A stretch of DNA of 60,437 nucleotides from a virus (taxonomy: Duplodnaviria > Caudoviricetes). A program made the position numbers and the translations under genes. How positions within the stretch are numbered: position 1 is the first letter of the stretch; each line of letters starts with the position of its first letter. Below are positions 20,016 through 29,685 of the stretch, piece by piece. The notes beneath the pieces are model-generated. The model ran no database searches. It was not told where the DNA came from and was given only the letters and a program-made list of their open reading frames with translations. The stretch lies in the IMG/VR virus record IMGVR_UViG_3300036831_000053, positions 1 through 60,437 of that record, one strand, 5' to 3'.

Positions 20016-20320
20016 TGGCCAGGGCTGGCACGCGAGGGACGACCAACAGCAACAAGCGCGGCAGTGCTGCGGCTCGACGGCAGCGCAAGCAGTGGTTGCT
20101 CGATGAGTTCGGCGACGGCGCCACGGCACCGTGCGCGATCGGCAAGCGCGGCATCTGCCAGGGCCGCGTCGACTTCAACACGATCTGGGTGGACCGCTGG
20201 CCGATCGCTGGCCACGAGAACGGCACCTACGCCCGAGACAACATCCGGCCCAGCTGCGGGCCGTGCAACATGAGCGACGGCGGCGCGGTCGGCCGGGCGC
20301 TCCAACTGGAGGCGTCATGA
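20015..20320 (+). CDS. HNH-like nuclease (small actinophage type)
   Basis: N.RGSA..RR.RK.WLL..FGDG..APC, VDR and GTY.RDNIRP.CGPCN motifs. Confidence 0.7.
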   Translation: MARAGTRGTTNSNKRGSAAARRQRKQWLLDEFGDGATAPCAIGKRGICQGRVDFNTIWVDRWPIAGHENGTYARDNIRPSCGPCNMSDGGAVGRALQLEAS

Positions 20321-20922
20321 CCGACGAACCACTACGGGACGCGCTGCGGGCGGTCGATCGGGCCAAGCGCTGCCTTCGGCTCCTGGCGCAGTCCCGGCTG
20401 GAGTCCGACATCAGCCAGTCGGTCGGCGGTATCGGGACCGAGCTGCTCATCATCGATTCGGCCATCAGGCAGGCCCTAGGAGCCGCGCTGATCGATGCCG
20501 TGGCAGATTCCCCCGGCAAGGTCCGTGCGGACGCTCCTGCGACCAGCAGAGCCGCAGCGCGGGCGATTCGGATCGCCTCGGGAAACCAGCGCGGCCGGAT
20601 CCTGCTGGCCCTGCACAACCACCACGGCCTGACGGATCACGACCTACCGGGCGTGACGGACATGAAGCCGGACAGTGTGCGGCCACGGCGCGGCGAACTG
20701 GTCGACACCGGCCTGGTGCTCGGATCGGACGCGGTCCGGCACATCAACGGCCAGGACTGGCGGGTATGGACCTGCACGCCTCTCGGTCACCAGGTGGCCA
20801 TCGAGCTGACCCGGCAGGGCATCAACGGCGCGGTGGAGATCAACCCGAGCGACTGTGTTCAGCCGGTGCCGGCCGAGGATGTGGCAGCTGATCCGGCCGA
20901 CGGTGATCCGGTCCTGTTCTAG
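20317..20922 (+). CDS. Winged-HTH DNA-binding protein
   Basis: PATSRAAA, GLTD.DL and SVRPRRGELVD.GLV motifs. Confidence 0.65.
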   Translation: MTDEPLRDALRAVDRAKRCLRLLAQSRLESDISQSVGGIGTELLIIDSAIRQALGAALIDAVADSPGKVRADAPATSRAAARAIRIASGNQRGRILLALHNHHGLTDHDLPGVTDMKPDSVRPRRGELVDTGLVLGSDAVRHINGQDWRVWTCTPLGHQVAIELTRQGINGAVEINPSDCVQPVPAEDVAADPADGDPVLF

Positions 20923-21082
20923 GTCAGAGCTCCGGTCTACGATCCGAGAACCGATCGAGCTACGTAGCGCCGCCGGGCAGGACCGACACCCTGGCCCGGC
21001 GACTTGCCCCGCAGCTCCCTGCACACCAGGAGCGCTGATGGCCAGCTGGAAGTCTACCGACAGTGGCCCCTAGGACACGGAA

Positions 21083-21110
21083 AGGCCCCCGGCCTGGAAA
21101 CCGGGGGCCT
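21083..21110 (-). terminator. Hairpin with U-tract on the minus strand (possible end of an antisense RNA)
   Basis: AGGCCCCCGG-CCTGGAAA-CCGGGGGCCT, preceded on + by an A run. Confidence 0.55.
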
Positions 21111-21232
21111 GCGCCGTCATCCAACCGCTCAACCCCGACCGCCAAGTACGAGGTGAACATGTCCCCCGTTGTTGTCAGCAAGGAGAACACGATGAGCGTA
21201 CCAATGCGCCCCGTCAAAGACGAGGTGTCGCG

Positions 21233-22288
21233 ATGAGCGAGAGCTTCAGCGTCTGGCGCGGTGACATTCCCGCCGACCGATTCATGATCGTCACCAACGA
21301 CTTCATGCGCGGCAAGCTCCCCGTCCCGCTGCGATCACTGGCCCGCTGCCTCCTGGGTCACCTGCTCTCGCTGCCCCCCGAATGGGAGATGTACCGGTTC
21401 ACCCTCGACGAGAGCGTGCTGGAGGGTCGGGACGCGGTGGACCGCGCGCTGCGGGAGTTGGTGTCCGCCGGGTACCTCCAGCAGATCAAGATGCGCGCCG
21501 AGGGTGGCAAATGGAAATGGGCGTGGCGCGTCACCGACGATCCGACCACCCGGCCGCTGAGTCCACACCCTGGAAACCAGGGTGTGGACTCGACCAGCGA
21601 AAATGACACTAACCCGCAGGTCGGGCCATGCCCTGGAAACCCGGTCACGGAAACCCAGGGCATAAAAGAAGACGGACTTAAGAAGACTGATAAGAAGACT
21701 GATGGCGAAGCTGGCGCTTCGCGCGGAGGCGTTCAGCTCCCTCTGCTCCAGGCCAGTCCTGAACTGGCACCGGTCGTAAAGAAGAAGACCGCCAAGACGA
21801 GGAACATCACCGAGGTGGCGTACCAGGTCTGGAAAGAGAACTGGGGCATCACTCAGGAGCAGGCGCCGATCCCCGCAGCGGCCGAAGGCATCCAGGACCA
21901 GATCAAGTCGATCGCCGATCGGTTCGACTGCGATGGCGAGGCGCTCCTGTCGGCGGCCCTCTCGGCTGGCCAGCAGGGCCGCTACTCGGTGGCCAGCTTC
22001 TACAACCCAGCGCCGCTCACCGGGGCTCGCCTGAACCAGGCCGCCCAGAAGATCGCAGCCGTGGTCTACGAGGAACGGAACCACCAGTTCAACTTCATGG
22101 CCGTCCGGCAGGTAGTGAAGTCCGCCCTGGCCGACGCCCACCACCAGCCGGAGGATGTGCTGTGTGGCCTCCGTGCGCTGTTCACGACGGGCAGGCCGCC
22201 GACCAGGCAGGTGCTCGACCAGTTCGTTCGCATCGCCCACACGAACCGTCTGGCCGAGCAGGCCGGGCATGGAAAGGTTGAGCGCTGA
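21233..22288 (+). CDS. Replication initiator (N-terminal HTH)
   Basis: F.IV.ND..R, L...ARCLL..LLSLP..W and EGRDAV..AL.EL...GYL motifs; directly upstream of helicase. Confidence 0.78.
   Translation: MSESFSVWRGDIPADRFMIVTNDFMRGKLPVPLRSLARCLLGHLLSLPPEWEMYRFTLDESVLEGRDAVDRALRELVSAGYLQQIKMRAEGGKWKWAWRVTDDPTTRPLSPHPGNQGVDSTSENDTNPQVGPCPGNPVTETQGIKEDGLKKTDKKTDGEAGASRGGVQLPLLQASPELAPVVKKKTAKTRNITEVAYQVWKENWGITQEQAPIPAAAEGIQDQIKSIADRFDCDGEALLSAALSAGQQGRYSVASFYNPAPLTGARLNQAAQKIAAVVYEERNHQFNFMAVRQVVKSALADAHHQPEDVLCGLRALFTTGRPPTRQVLDQFVRIAHTNRLAEQAGHGKVER
21559..21702. repeat. Probable replication origin inside rep
   Basis: Perfect 15-bp inverted repeat GAGTCCACACCCTGG-AAA-CCAGGGTGTGGACTC, three GGAAACC, then A-rich TAAGAAGACTGA twice. 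Confidence 0.6.
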
Positions 22289-23574
22289 TGCCCCTCAATG
22301 CGCAGGATCTCCTGGCCGAGCAGGCCCTGATCGGCAGCATGCTGGCCGCGCCCTCGGTGGCGACCCCGGCGTTCATGACCCTTCCGGCCGCCGCCTACTT
22401 CGCCGAGAAGCACAAGGCCTTGGCTTCGGTGATCCAGGACATGGTGGCCAAGCAGATCCCGGTGGACCCGATCACGGTGCTTCAGCAGGTGTCGGACCTG
22501 GGCATCCTGGGTCGGATCGGCGGCGGCCCATACCTGATCAGCCTCATGCAGGCCACGCCGTCGGCCATCAATGCCGACTACTGGGCCGAGTGGCTGAGTG
22601 AGCTGTACGGCCGGCGCCTGCTGCACGAGGCGTGCGAACGCGAGATGCAGCGCCTGGACGCCCTGGGTGAGGCCGGAGAGCGGACCGGTGTGGCCGACTC
22701 GGTGAACCGGCTGCGGTCGGAGATGGAGGACGTGCTGGCCTATTCGGCTGGTAGCCGCGCGGAGCAGGTCACTTCGATGGCCGACTTCCTGGAGCAGATC
22801 AGCTCGTGGGACTGGATCGTGCCGGGCCTGTTCGAGCGTCGCGACCGCCTCGTGGTGACCGGCGACGAGGGCGGCGGCAAGTCGATGCTGATGGCCCAGA
22901 TCTCCTGCGCGATGGCGGGCGGTATCCATCCGTTCACCTCGGCACCGATCCCGGGTGATCCGGAGATTCGGGTGACGATCATCGACTGCGAGAACAGCGC
23001 GGGCCAATCTCGCCGCCGGTTCCGGGACGTGGTGCGGCGGGTCAACCTGCTCCGCGAGACGTTCGGTCTCCCGGCGGCCGACTGGACGAAGCGGATGTCC
23101 ATCGAGTTCCGGACCGACGGGGTTGACCTGATGGCCGCGCACGATGTCGCCTGGCTGGAGCGCTACGTGGCCGCGACCACGCCGGACGTGTTGGTGATCG
23201 GGCCGCTTTACAAGCTGCACCACGAGGACATGAACAGCGAGCCGGCCGCACGGGCCATGGTCGGCGTGCTCGACTCGATCCGAGCCCGACACGACTGCAT
23301 GATCCTGACCGAGGCGCACGCTGGCCACGGCAAGAGCGAGAGCGGCAAGCGGCTGATGCGGCCCAGAGGCTCGTCGCTGTTCCTGGGCTGGCCGGAGTTC
23401 GGGTTCGGTATACGCGGAACCGATCAGCAGGGGTGCGCCGAGTTCGTACCCTGGAGAGGTCAGCGGGAACAGCGAGCATTCCCGCAGCAGATGTGCTGGG
23501 GTCACCGGGACGCCCTTCCCTGGAAGCCCTCGCAGGAGTACTTCGACGAGCCCGACCCGGGCTGGAGGGGCTGA
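22288..23574 (+). CDS. DnaB-like replicative helicase (DnaB N-domain + RecA-type ATPase)
   Basis: AEQALIGSML, PVDPITV, GG.PYL; Walker A GDEGGGKS; IDCEN; RPRGSS motifs. Confidence 0.85.
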   Translation: MPLNAQDLLAEQALIGSMLAAPSVATPAFMTLPAAAYFAEKHKALASVIQDMVAKQIPVDPITVLQQVSDLGILGRIGGGPYLISLMQATPSAINADYWAEWLSELYGRRLLHEACEREMQRLDALGEAGERTGVADSVNRLRSEMEDVLAYSAGSRAEQVTSMADFLEQISSWDWIVPGLFERRDRLVVTGDEGGGKSMLMAQISCAMAGGIHPFTSAPIPGDPEIRVTIIDCENSAGQSRRRFRDVVRRVNLLRETFGLPAADWTKRMSIEFRTDGVDLMAAHDVAWLERYVAATTPDVLVIGPLYKLHHEDMNSEPAARAMVGVLDSIRARHDCMILTEAHAGHGKSESGKRLMRPRGSSLFLGWPEFGFGIRGTDQQGCAEFVPWRGQREQRAFPQQMCWGHRDALPWKPSQEYFDEPDPGWRG

Positions 23575-23581
23575 ACAGGAG

Positions 23582-24478
23582 ATGACCATGACCGGAGTAC
23601 TGAACGTCGGCGATGAAGTGTTCGACGGTACGAACCATCCGAGCAGCGCGACGGTGGTCGCGGACAAGTTCGCGGGCGCCGCGCTCTACCTCGGCACCCC
23701 GGCCAGCGCGCTGGGCAAGGATGTGACGGCGGCCCAGTACAGCGACTACGTGAGCGCTGGGCTGTTCATGATCCTCATGTACGAGAACCTGGCGACCGAC
23801 ATCAACAGCGGCGCGGCCGGAGGTGCTGCGCACGCCCAGGACTTCTGGAACGACGCGGTGACCAAGGGGACGGGCGGCTACTGGCCAGCCGAGTGCTGCA
23901 TCGACGAGCACCTGGCGGCCGACCAGCTCGGGGCGGCGGCGGCCTACGTGGCCGGGTTCCACAACCAGCTCCGCGCGCTGGGCTGGAGGGGGATGGTCGG
24001 CGTCTACGGCTTCCCCGAGGTGACCGCCTATGTGGCCGCCCACGCCCCGGTGGACTTCTACCACGGCTGCGGCAGCCAATCGGCGCAGCCGTCCGGCCTG
24101 ATCCACCTCTGGCAGGACAACAACACCTCGGCCACTGTCGGCGGTGCCAAGGACGACGTGAACCACTGCTGGAAGCCGCTCAGCATCTCCGGCAGTGTGA
24201 CTCCGCCGGTGATCGTGCCGGCGCCGCCGGCCCCCTCGGGCGGGGCGAGCGGCAAGCTACCGGTGGGTACGGTTCTGCGGCCGGGCTCGACGGGCAACGC
24301 GGTGCGCATCCTCCAGACTGCGCTGAACGTCCAGTACCCGCTGTACTCGAAGCTCACCGTGGACGGCGACTACGGTCCCAAGACCGAGGCCGTGGTCAAG
24401 ACCTTCCAGTCCAGGGCCCACCTGTCCGTGGACGGCATCGCCGGTCCGCAGACCCTCGGCGCTCTACACCTGCTGTGA
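23582..24478 (+). CDS. Endolysin: GH25-like (DUF1906/Rv2525c-type) domain + peptidoglycan-binding domain
   Basis: YE, GG..HA, GVYG, LWQ motifs; C-terminal GSTG.AV..LQ..LN and VDG.YGPKT..VV..FQ....L.VDGIAGPQT. Confidence 0.88.
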   Translation: MTMTGVLNVGDEVFDGTNHPSSATVVADKFAGAALYLGTPASALGKDVTAAQYSDYVSAGLFMILMYENLATDINSGAAGGAAHAQDFWNDAVTKGTGGYWPAECCIDEHLAADQLGAAAAYVAGFHNQLRALGWRGMVGVYGFPEVTAYVAAHAPVDFYHGCGSQSAQPSGLIHLWQDNNTSATVGGAKDDVNHCWKPLSISGSVTPPVIVPAPPAPSGGASGKLPVGTVLRPGSTGNAVRILQTALNVQYPLYSKLTVDGDYGPKTEAVVKTFQSRAHLSVDGIAGPQTLGALHLL

Positions 24479-24822
24479 CCGCCCGCGTCGCCGACACGGC
24501 GCAGATGAAGCTGGCCAAGGCCATGACCGAGGGCGGTCTGCAAGCGGCGATCATGGCCTACGCCAAGCTGCGGCACTGGCGCGCCGTGCACATCCGGCCA
24601 GCCAGGATGAAGTCCGGGCGCATCGCCACCCCCTACGAGGGCGACAGCGGCCTACCGGACCTGATCCTGGCCCGCGATCAGCGCGTGGTCCTGGCCGAAC
24701 TGAAGCGGCAGGCCGACTGGCAGTGGAAGCCAGGCCAGCAGGAGTGGCTGGCCGCGTCCGGCGGGTACCTGTGGCAGCCGATCGACTGGCTGGATGGGCA
24801 CGTACAGGAGGTGCTCGACTAG
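24475..24822 (+). CDS. VRR-NUC domain nuclease
   Basis: GLPDLILAR....LAELK, Q.EWL and W.P.DW motifs. Confidence 0.8.
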   Translation: MTARVADTAQMKLAKAMTEGGLQAAIMAYAKLRHWRAVHIRPARMKSGRIATPYEGDSGLPDLILARDQRVVLAELKRQADWQWKPGQQEWLAASGGYLWQPIDWLDGHVQEVLD

Positions 24823-24991
24823 GCTGGCCAGGTCCTATGTAACGGTCGCACCGCTCGGTTCCTCATCCGGGACCATCAGCCGGGTGGCAATGCGGCACCG
24901 TACGGCCCCGAAGGTCCTTCTCCGGCCCTCGGGGCCGCTGCATGTCCACGATCTCCAGCGCCCCGATTCGGCCAGCCCTTAGTCTGCTGCC

Positions 24992-25630
24992 GTGGCGACG
25001 GTAACCAATCTCATGATCGACGGCCAGGGACGTGGCCTTCGCGAGGTGACCGTACGAATCAGCCTCGTGGCGCCACTGAACCCGTTCCTCCTCAACGGAA
25101 CCGGCGAGGTGTCACAGAAGGTCGCGGTCGACACCGACGAGTCCGGCGTCTGGACGGCCACGCTGCTCGGTAACGACCAGTTCGAGCAGCCGAATACCTA
25201 CTACCTGGTCGATGAGACCGAGGCGCCCAGTGGGCTCACCTGGGCGATCCGGGTGCCCAACGACTCCGGCACGTACAACCTCCGCGACTTGCTGATCACA
25301 CCGCCCGACGGCGGCGGGACGATCCCGGGTGCGATGAAGCTCGGCGATCTGGCCGACGTGGACACCTCCGGCGAGGTTGCTGGCGACGTGCTCACCTACA
25401 CCAGCAACGGCGAGTGGCAGCCCGTCACGCCCGAGGTCGAGCCGATCGAGTTCCCGGTGACGAGCCCGCAGGCCACCTGGATCTGGCAGCACAACCTCAA
25501 CCGGTACCCGGTGATCGCGGTGCTCAACTCCCAGCGTCAGGTCGTCCTCACCTACGTGGAGTACCTGGACCTGAACTCCCTCCAGATCGACTGGGGAATG
25601 CCCATGACCGGCTATATCGAGGCGAGGTAG
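24992..25630 (+). CDS. Virion structural protein (fibre adaptor-like)
   Basis: L.DLADVD, GDVLTY...W and W...HNL.RYP motifs. Confidence 0.6.
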   Translation: MATVTNLMIDGQGRGLREVTVRISLVAPLNPFLLNGTGEVSQKVAVDTDESGVWTATLLGNDQFEQPNTYYLVDETEAPSGLTWAIRVPNDSGTYNLRDLLITPPDGGGTIPGAMKLGDLADVDTSGEVAGDVLTYTSNGEWQPVTPEVEPIEFPVTSPQATWIWQHNLNRYPVIAVLNSQRQVVLTYVEYLDLNSLQIDWGMPMTGYIEAR

Positions 25631-25633
25631 GCA

Positions 25634-26815
25634 ATGCCCAACAACATCCCCATCGGCGGGCCCGTCGACCACGCGAAGTTCGCCAACTTCAACTTCGTGG
25701 CCGAGTCGGTGGGTACCCTGCCTTCGGTCACCTCGGCCGACATCGGGCGCCTGGTCCAGCTGGCCACCGACGGCAACCTCTACATCTGCGACACGACGCC
25801 CGCATTCCGGCTGATCGACGCGCGCAACGCGACCAACGCCGCGACCGCGACCACCGCGACCTCGGCTACCACGGCCGGCACGGCGACGAACGCGACCAAC
25901 CTCAACGGGCAGCCAGCGAGCTTCTACACCAACTTCGCCAACAGCACCGGCCAACGCACGCACACGGCGATCAGCGACTTCGATACGCAGGCGATCGCCG
26001 ACGCGCAGGCCCAGCGGCTCGACCAGTTCGCCGCGCCCACCTCGGCTATCAACGTCAACAGCCAGCGGCTGACCGCAGTCGGTACGCCGAGCACCGGTAC
26101 GGACGCGGCCAACAAGACCTACGTCGATGGCGCCGTGGCGGCCGCGCAGGCCGGCATCGACATCAAGACCAACGTGCAGACGGTGGCCGTCGCCAACATC
26201 ACCCTGAACGGTCTGATCACCGTCAACGGGTACACCGTGCTCGCTGGCGACCGGGTGCTGGTCACAGCCCAAACCACGGCCACCCAGAACGGCGTCTACC
26301 TAGCCAGCTCTGGCTCGTGGGCCCGGGTCACTCCGCAGGAGGAGAACCCCGGTTCGCTGTGGTACGTCCAGCAAGGCAGTTCGGCCGGCCAGCAGTGGGT
26401 CTGCAACAACACCGGCACCGTGACCATCGGCACCACGGCCGTGTCGATCATCCAGTTCGCGGCCTCGGTCGTCTACCACGCCAGCTCCTCGATCGGCATC
26501 GACGGCAGCAACAACATCACAGCCACGGCGGCCAGCGGCGGCGGCATCAGCACCACGTCCGGCATCGCCGTCGACAGCACGGTGAGCCGCTCGGCCAGCG
26601 TGGCCGTGCCGGCGCCCGGCTCCGGCACGGCCGTCAACATCACCTCGCCGTTCACCCCGGCCAGCGGGCGACGCCTCCAGGTCGCGGTCTACCGGAACTC
26701 CGACAACGCCCAGGTCATGTGTTACGTGGCCAACGCGCCCGGGTCCGCGACCGTGACGCTGGACTTCGGCGTGGCGCCAGTGGCCTCCCAGTACACCGCC
26801 GAGATCAGGAGCTGA
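25634..26815 (+). CDS. Fibre/decoration protein
   Basis: DAANKTYVD and GDRVLV.AQT...QNGVY......W.R motifs; Thr/Ala-rich. Confidence 0.7.
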   Translation: MPNNIPIGGPVDHAKFANFNFVAESVGTLPSVTSADIGRLVQLATDGNLYICDTTPAFRLIDARNATNAATATTATSATTAGTATNATNLNGQPASFYTNFANSTGQRTHTAISDFDTQAIADAQAQRLDQFAAPTSAINVNSQRLTAVGTPSTGTDAANKTYVDGAVAAAQAGIDIKTNVQTVAVANITLNGLITVNGYTVLAGDRVLVTAQTTATQNGVYLASSGSWARVTPQEENPGSLWYVQQGSSAGQQWVCNNTGTVTIGTTAVSIIQFAASVVYHASSSIGIDGSNNITATAASGGGISTTSGIAVDSTVSRSASVAVPAPGSGTAVNITSPFTPASGRRLQVAVYRNSDNAQVMCYVANAPGSATVTLDFGVAPVASQYTAEIRS

Positions 26816-26817
26816 TC

Positions 26818-27660
26818 ATGCCCAGCAGCGCGCCGGTTGTCGCGCCGCTGGACCTCGGCAGTCTGCTGGGACACAACCTGGCCGACCCGGCCAGCGCGCA
26901 GGACGTGGCCACCAAGCATTACGTGGACGGCCAGGTCATCGTCTCCACCTGGACCAACCTGAACAACTCCACCAACCAGGCCATCGTCTACCCGGTCGGC
27001 ACCCGGCTCTACGAGACGGACACCGGGTTCACCAAGATCAGCGACGGGCTGACCCAGTACCAGGCGCTGAACTATGTCCGCAGCCCGAACATCTGGACCC
27101 CGGCCACCCAGGGGCTTACGGCGGCCACGCTGGACGGCGCGGGCGCCTCCAGCAACAGCGGCGTGACGACCGGCCGGCCGATGTTCATGCCGACCCGGAT
27201 CGATACCTGGCAGGCCAGTAACACCCTGTTCACCGGCTACGTGAGCCAGGCCAGCACGATCACCGTCACTAACACCTACCTGGGTGTCTACGACGGCGAC
27301 ACGGGCGCGCTCCTGGTCAAGACCCCGGACATCTCCAGCCAGTTCGTCACGTTGGCCAGTGGCAACGGCACGCTGGTCAAGTCGACTTTCGATTCCAGTC
27401 TGGCCTCGACGCTGACCAACCTGCCGATCGGCAAAAAGATCTACCTAGCCCTGCTGATGAACTACACCGGCTCCGGCACGCTGCCGCAGATCATCTGTGA
27501 TCGGCTGCTCGGTACCGACCTGATGGCCACCATTACTGGAGCGATCCCCCGGCTGTACACCAACAGCAGCGGCTCCACGATGACGGCCCTGCCGAGCACG
27601 CTGCCCACCCTGGGCACCACGACCGGCAACGAGCTGTGGTGGGTGGGACTGAGCCAATGA
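26818..27660 (+). CDS. Fibre/receptor-binding-like protein
   Basis: N-terminal HNLADP..AQDVATKHYVD; YETDTG..KI.DG motif. Confidence 0.65.
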   Translation: MPSSAPVVAPLDLGSLLGHNLADPASAQDVATKHYVDGQVIVSTWTNLNNSTNQAIVYPVGTRLYETDTGFTKISDGLTQYQALNYVRSPNIWTPATQGLTAATLDGAGASSNSGVTTGRPMFMPTRIDTWQASNTLFTGYVSQASTITVTNTYLGVYDGDTGALLVKTPDISSQFVTLASGNGTLVKSTFDSSLASTLTNLPIGKKIYLALLMNYTGSGTLPQIICDRLLGTDLMATITGAIPRLYTNSSGSTMTALPSTLPTLGTTTGNELWWVGLSQ

Positions 27661-28199
27661 CCAACAACCTGCCCGTGGTGGCGCCGTTCGACCTGACCAG
27701 CCTCCTGGCGCACAACCTCCAGGACCCGGCTGCCGCCCAGGACGCGGCCAGCAAGAACTACGTCGACAGCAATACCGGCGTGGGCTACTACACCGAGTGG
27801 AACCTGGCCACGTCTGGCTACGCCTCCGGCGCTTGGCACCTGCCGATCACTGCCAGCTCGACGCCGAACGTCGGTACGGCGAAGGGGCTCACACTCAGTG
27901 GCATCCAGAACAGCGTGACCCTTGGCCCTGGTACCTGGGACTGCCAGATCCACTGTTTCGCGACGGTCCAGTTCATTGCCGCACTGAGCAACACCACGGC
28001 CACCACTCCTTCGGGCACCGTTCCTTACACCTCGGTGAGCCCCGGCCTACCGTCCGGCTCGGGCTGGTGTGCCGGCTGCGCCAACCGAAAGATCATTTCT
28101 ACGTCAGGCTCGCCGGCCGTAGTCGTGCCCTGGGTCTTCCTAGCCAGCGGGACCACAGTCAACTACGCATACATCGCGTTCCAGAAGACCAGCGCCTGA
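27657..28199 (+). CDS. Fibre/receptor-binding-like protein, N-terminus paralogous to the previous gene
   Basis: HNLQDP..AQDAASKNYVD. Confidence 0.65.
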   Translation: MTNNLPVVAPFDLTSLLAHNLQDPAAAQDAASKNYVDSNTGVGYYTEWNLATSGYASGAWHLPITASSTPNVGTAKGLTLSGIQNSVTLGPGTWDCQIHCFATVQFIAALSNTTATTPSGTVPYTSVSPGLPSGSGWCAGCANRKIISTSGSPAVVVPWVFLASGTTVNYAYIAFQKTSA

Positions 28200-28252
28200 C
28201 GTTGCAGCGTTGAGACATCTACTCCGTCTCGGGCGCGGGTTACTATCCGTTC

Positions 28253-28891
28253 ATGCGCGAACAGGTGAAGATCCTTCGGACTCGCTGGGTCCCGATCGAC
28301 TCGGTGACACCGCACCCCGAGAACGCCCGCCGAGCCGACACCGAGCGGATCCGGCAGTCCCTGGAGGATCACGCCCAGTACGCCCCGATCGTGGTGCACG
28401 ACGAAACGAAACAGGTGATCGCCCATAACCACGTCTGGGCCATCGCCAAGGAGCTGGGTCACCCGAAGATCTACGCCACCTTCGTCGAGTGCAGCACGGC
28501 CAAGGCCAGGGCCGTGCTTGCCGCCGACAACCGGACATCGGACAGTGCCGGCTACGAGGACGCGGCGCTACTGGAGCTGCTGAGCAACCTCGACGACACC
28601 GGCCTACTCCTGGAGGGCGGCTGGGATGGCGGCGCGCTCGACGAGCTGCGGACCGCCCTGGAGGGCGATGTGGCCCCGGCGACGCGGCTGGATGACGGCT
28701 CGGTGGACAGCGACCTGCGCAACGTCCGGTCGTCCGAAGTTCGTAGTATCACGATCACCGTGTCCGATTCGGCGTACGCGCGCCTGATCGAGCAGCTCGA
28801 TCACCTCCAGGCGCACTTCGAGACCGCGAACTACTCGGACACCGTCGTTGCGGTGACCAACGAGTACATGGACCAGATCGGACGCCAGTAA
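28253..28891 (+). CDS. ParB/Srx N-terminal domain protein (modification/terminase-associated type)
   Basis: VPID.V.PHPENAR, I..SL..H.QY.PIVV and LAADNRTSD motifs; TACTAT -10 six nt before ATG. Confidence 0.85.
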   Translation: MREQVKILRTRWVPIDSVTPHPENARRADTERIRQSLEDHAQYAPIVVHDETKQVIAHNHVWAIAKELGHPKIYATFVECSTAKARAVLAADNRTSDSAGYEDAALLELLSNLDDTGLLLEGGWDGGALDELRTALEGDVAPATRLDDGSVDSDLRNVRSSEVRSITITVSDSAYARLIEQLDHLQAHFETANYSDTVVAVTNEYMDQIGRQ

Positions 28892-29685
28892 TGATCATCG
28901 TCATCGGCGCCGGCATCGCCGGATCCAGCCTCGTCCACCACCTCGACGAGCGCGGCATCGAGTATCGGCACTTGGCCAGCGCGGACAGTGCCAGCACTAC
29001 CTCGGTTGCCCTACTGCGGCGCGGCTACCACCACGGCGACCAGCTAGCCCTATTCGACCGCTCCCTGGAGCTGCTGAAGAAGTGGCACACCCCCGTGCGG
29101 CAGGGTGGCCTGGTCACCAACTACCGGACGCCGGACCGTGCGCCTCGACATGAGGACGACTGGTACCTGGTCAACCCCCTGAGCCCGCTGCTCAACGCGG
29201 AGTTCCGAGGTGAGGCCCGACCGGTCTCCACCGATGGCGTCCTTCTGGAGGGTCCCGAGGGTGAGCGGTTCTGGCGCGGCCAGGTGATCTGGGCGACCGG
29301 TGCGGCCCTGCATCCCGCCGGCCTCACCTTCGGCGTGACCTGGATACACGATCGGCCCGACGTGCTGAACTCGGTCGACGAGCTGCGGCTGCACCACTAC
29401 GCGCCGTACAAGACCATCGCCGCCGCGTGCGTCAACGGGCAGGCCCGGCTCGGCTCCTCCTCGGCCAGGACCGACGTGGGCGCGATGGAGCAGGCGAAGA
29501 AGATGCTCCAGGCCGCCTACGAGGTCGGCATCATCAACAGCCTCACCGGCTGGACCGCCGAGATCGGCATCCGCTGCAAGGGTGTCGAGGCGCAGCCGCC
29601 GTGTGGCCAGTACTTCGGCGGCTTCCATCGGACCGGCTACGCCATCGCGCCGGCCGCAGCGGAGAGGCTGGTGGCCGCGCTGTGA
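28891..29685 (+). CDS. FAD-dependent oxidoreductase (DAO-like)
   Basis: IIVIGAGIAGS Rossmann motif, VIWATGA, G.R and GG..RTGYAIAPA.A. Confidence 0.82.
   Translation: MIIVIGAGIAGSSLVHHLDERGIEYRHLASADSASTTSVALLRRGYHHGDQLALFDRSLELLKKWHTPVRQGGLVTNYRTPDRAPRHEDDWYLVNPLSPLLNAEFRGEARPVSTDGVLLEGPEGERFWRGQVIWATGAALHPAGLTFGVTWIHDRPDVLNSVDELRLHHYAPYKTIAAACVNGQARLGSSSARTDVGAMEQAKKMLQAAYEVGIINSLTGWTAEIGIRCKGVEAQPPCGQYFGGFHRTGYAIAPAAAERLVAAL

Noticed and set aside
22066-23667. Long antisense ORFs such as 22066-23667, 45227-46702 and 6693-7928
   Set aside because: Shadow frames of real high-GC genes with no recognisable motifs
28253-28891. ParB as a plasmid partition system
   Set aside because: No ParA partner; it is coupled to modification-type enzymes and terminase, the context of non-partition ParB-like proteins
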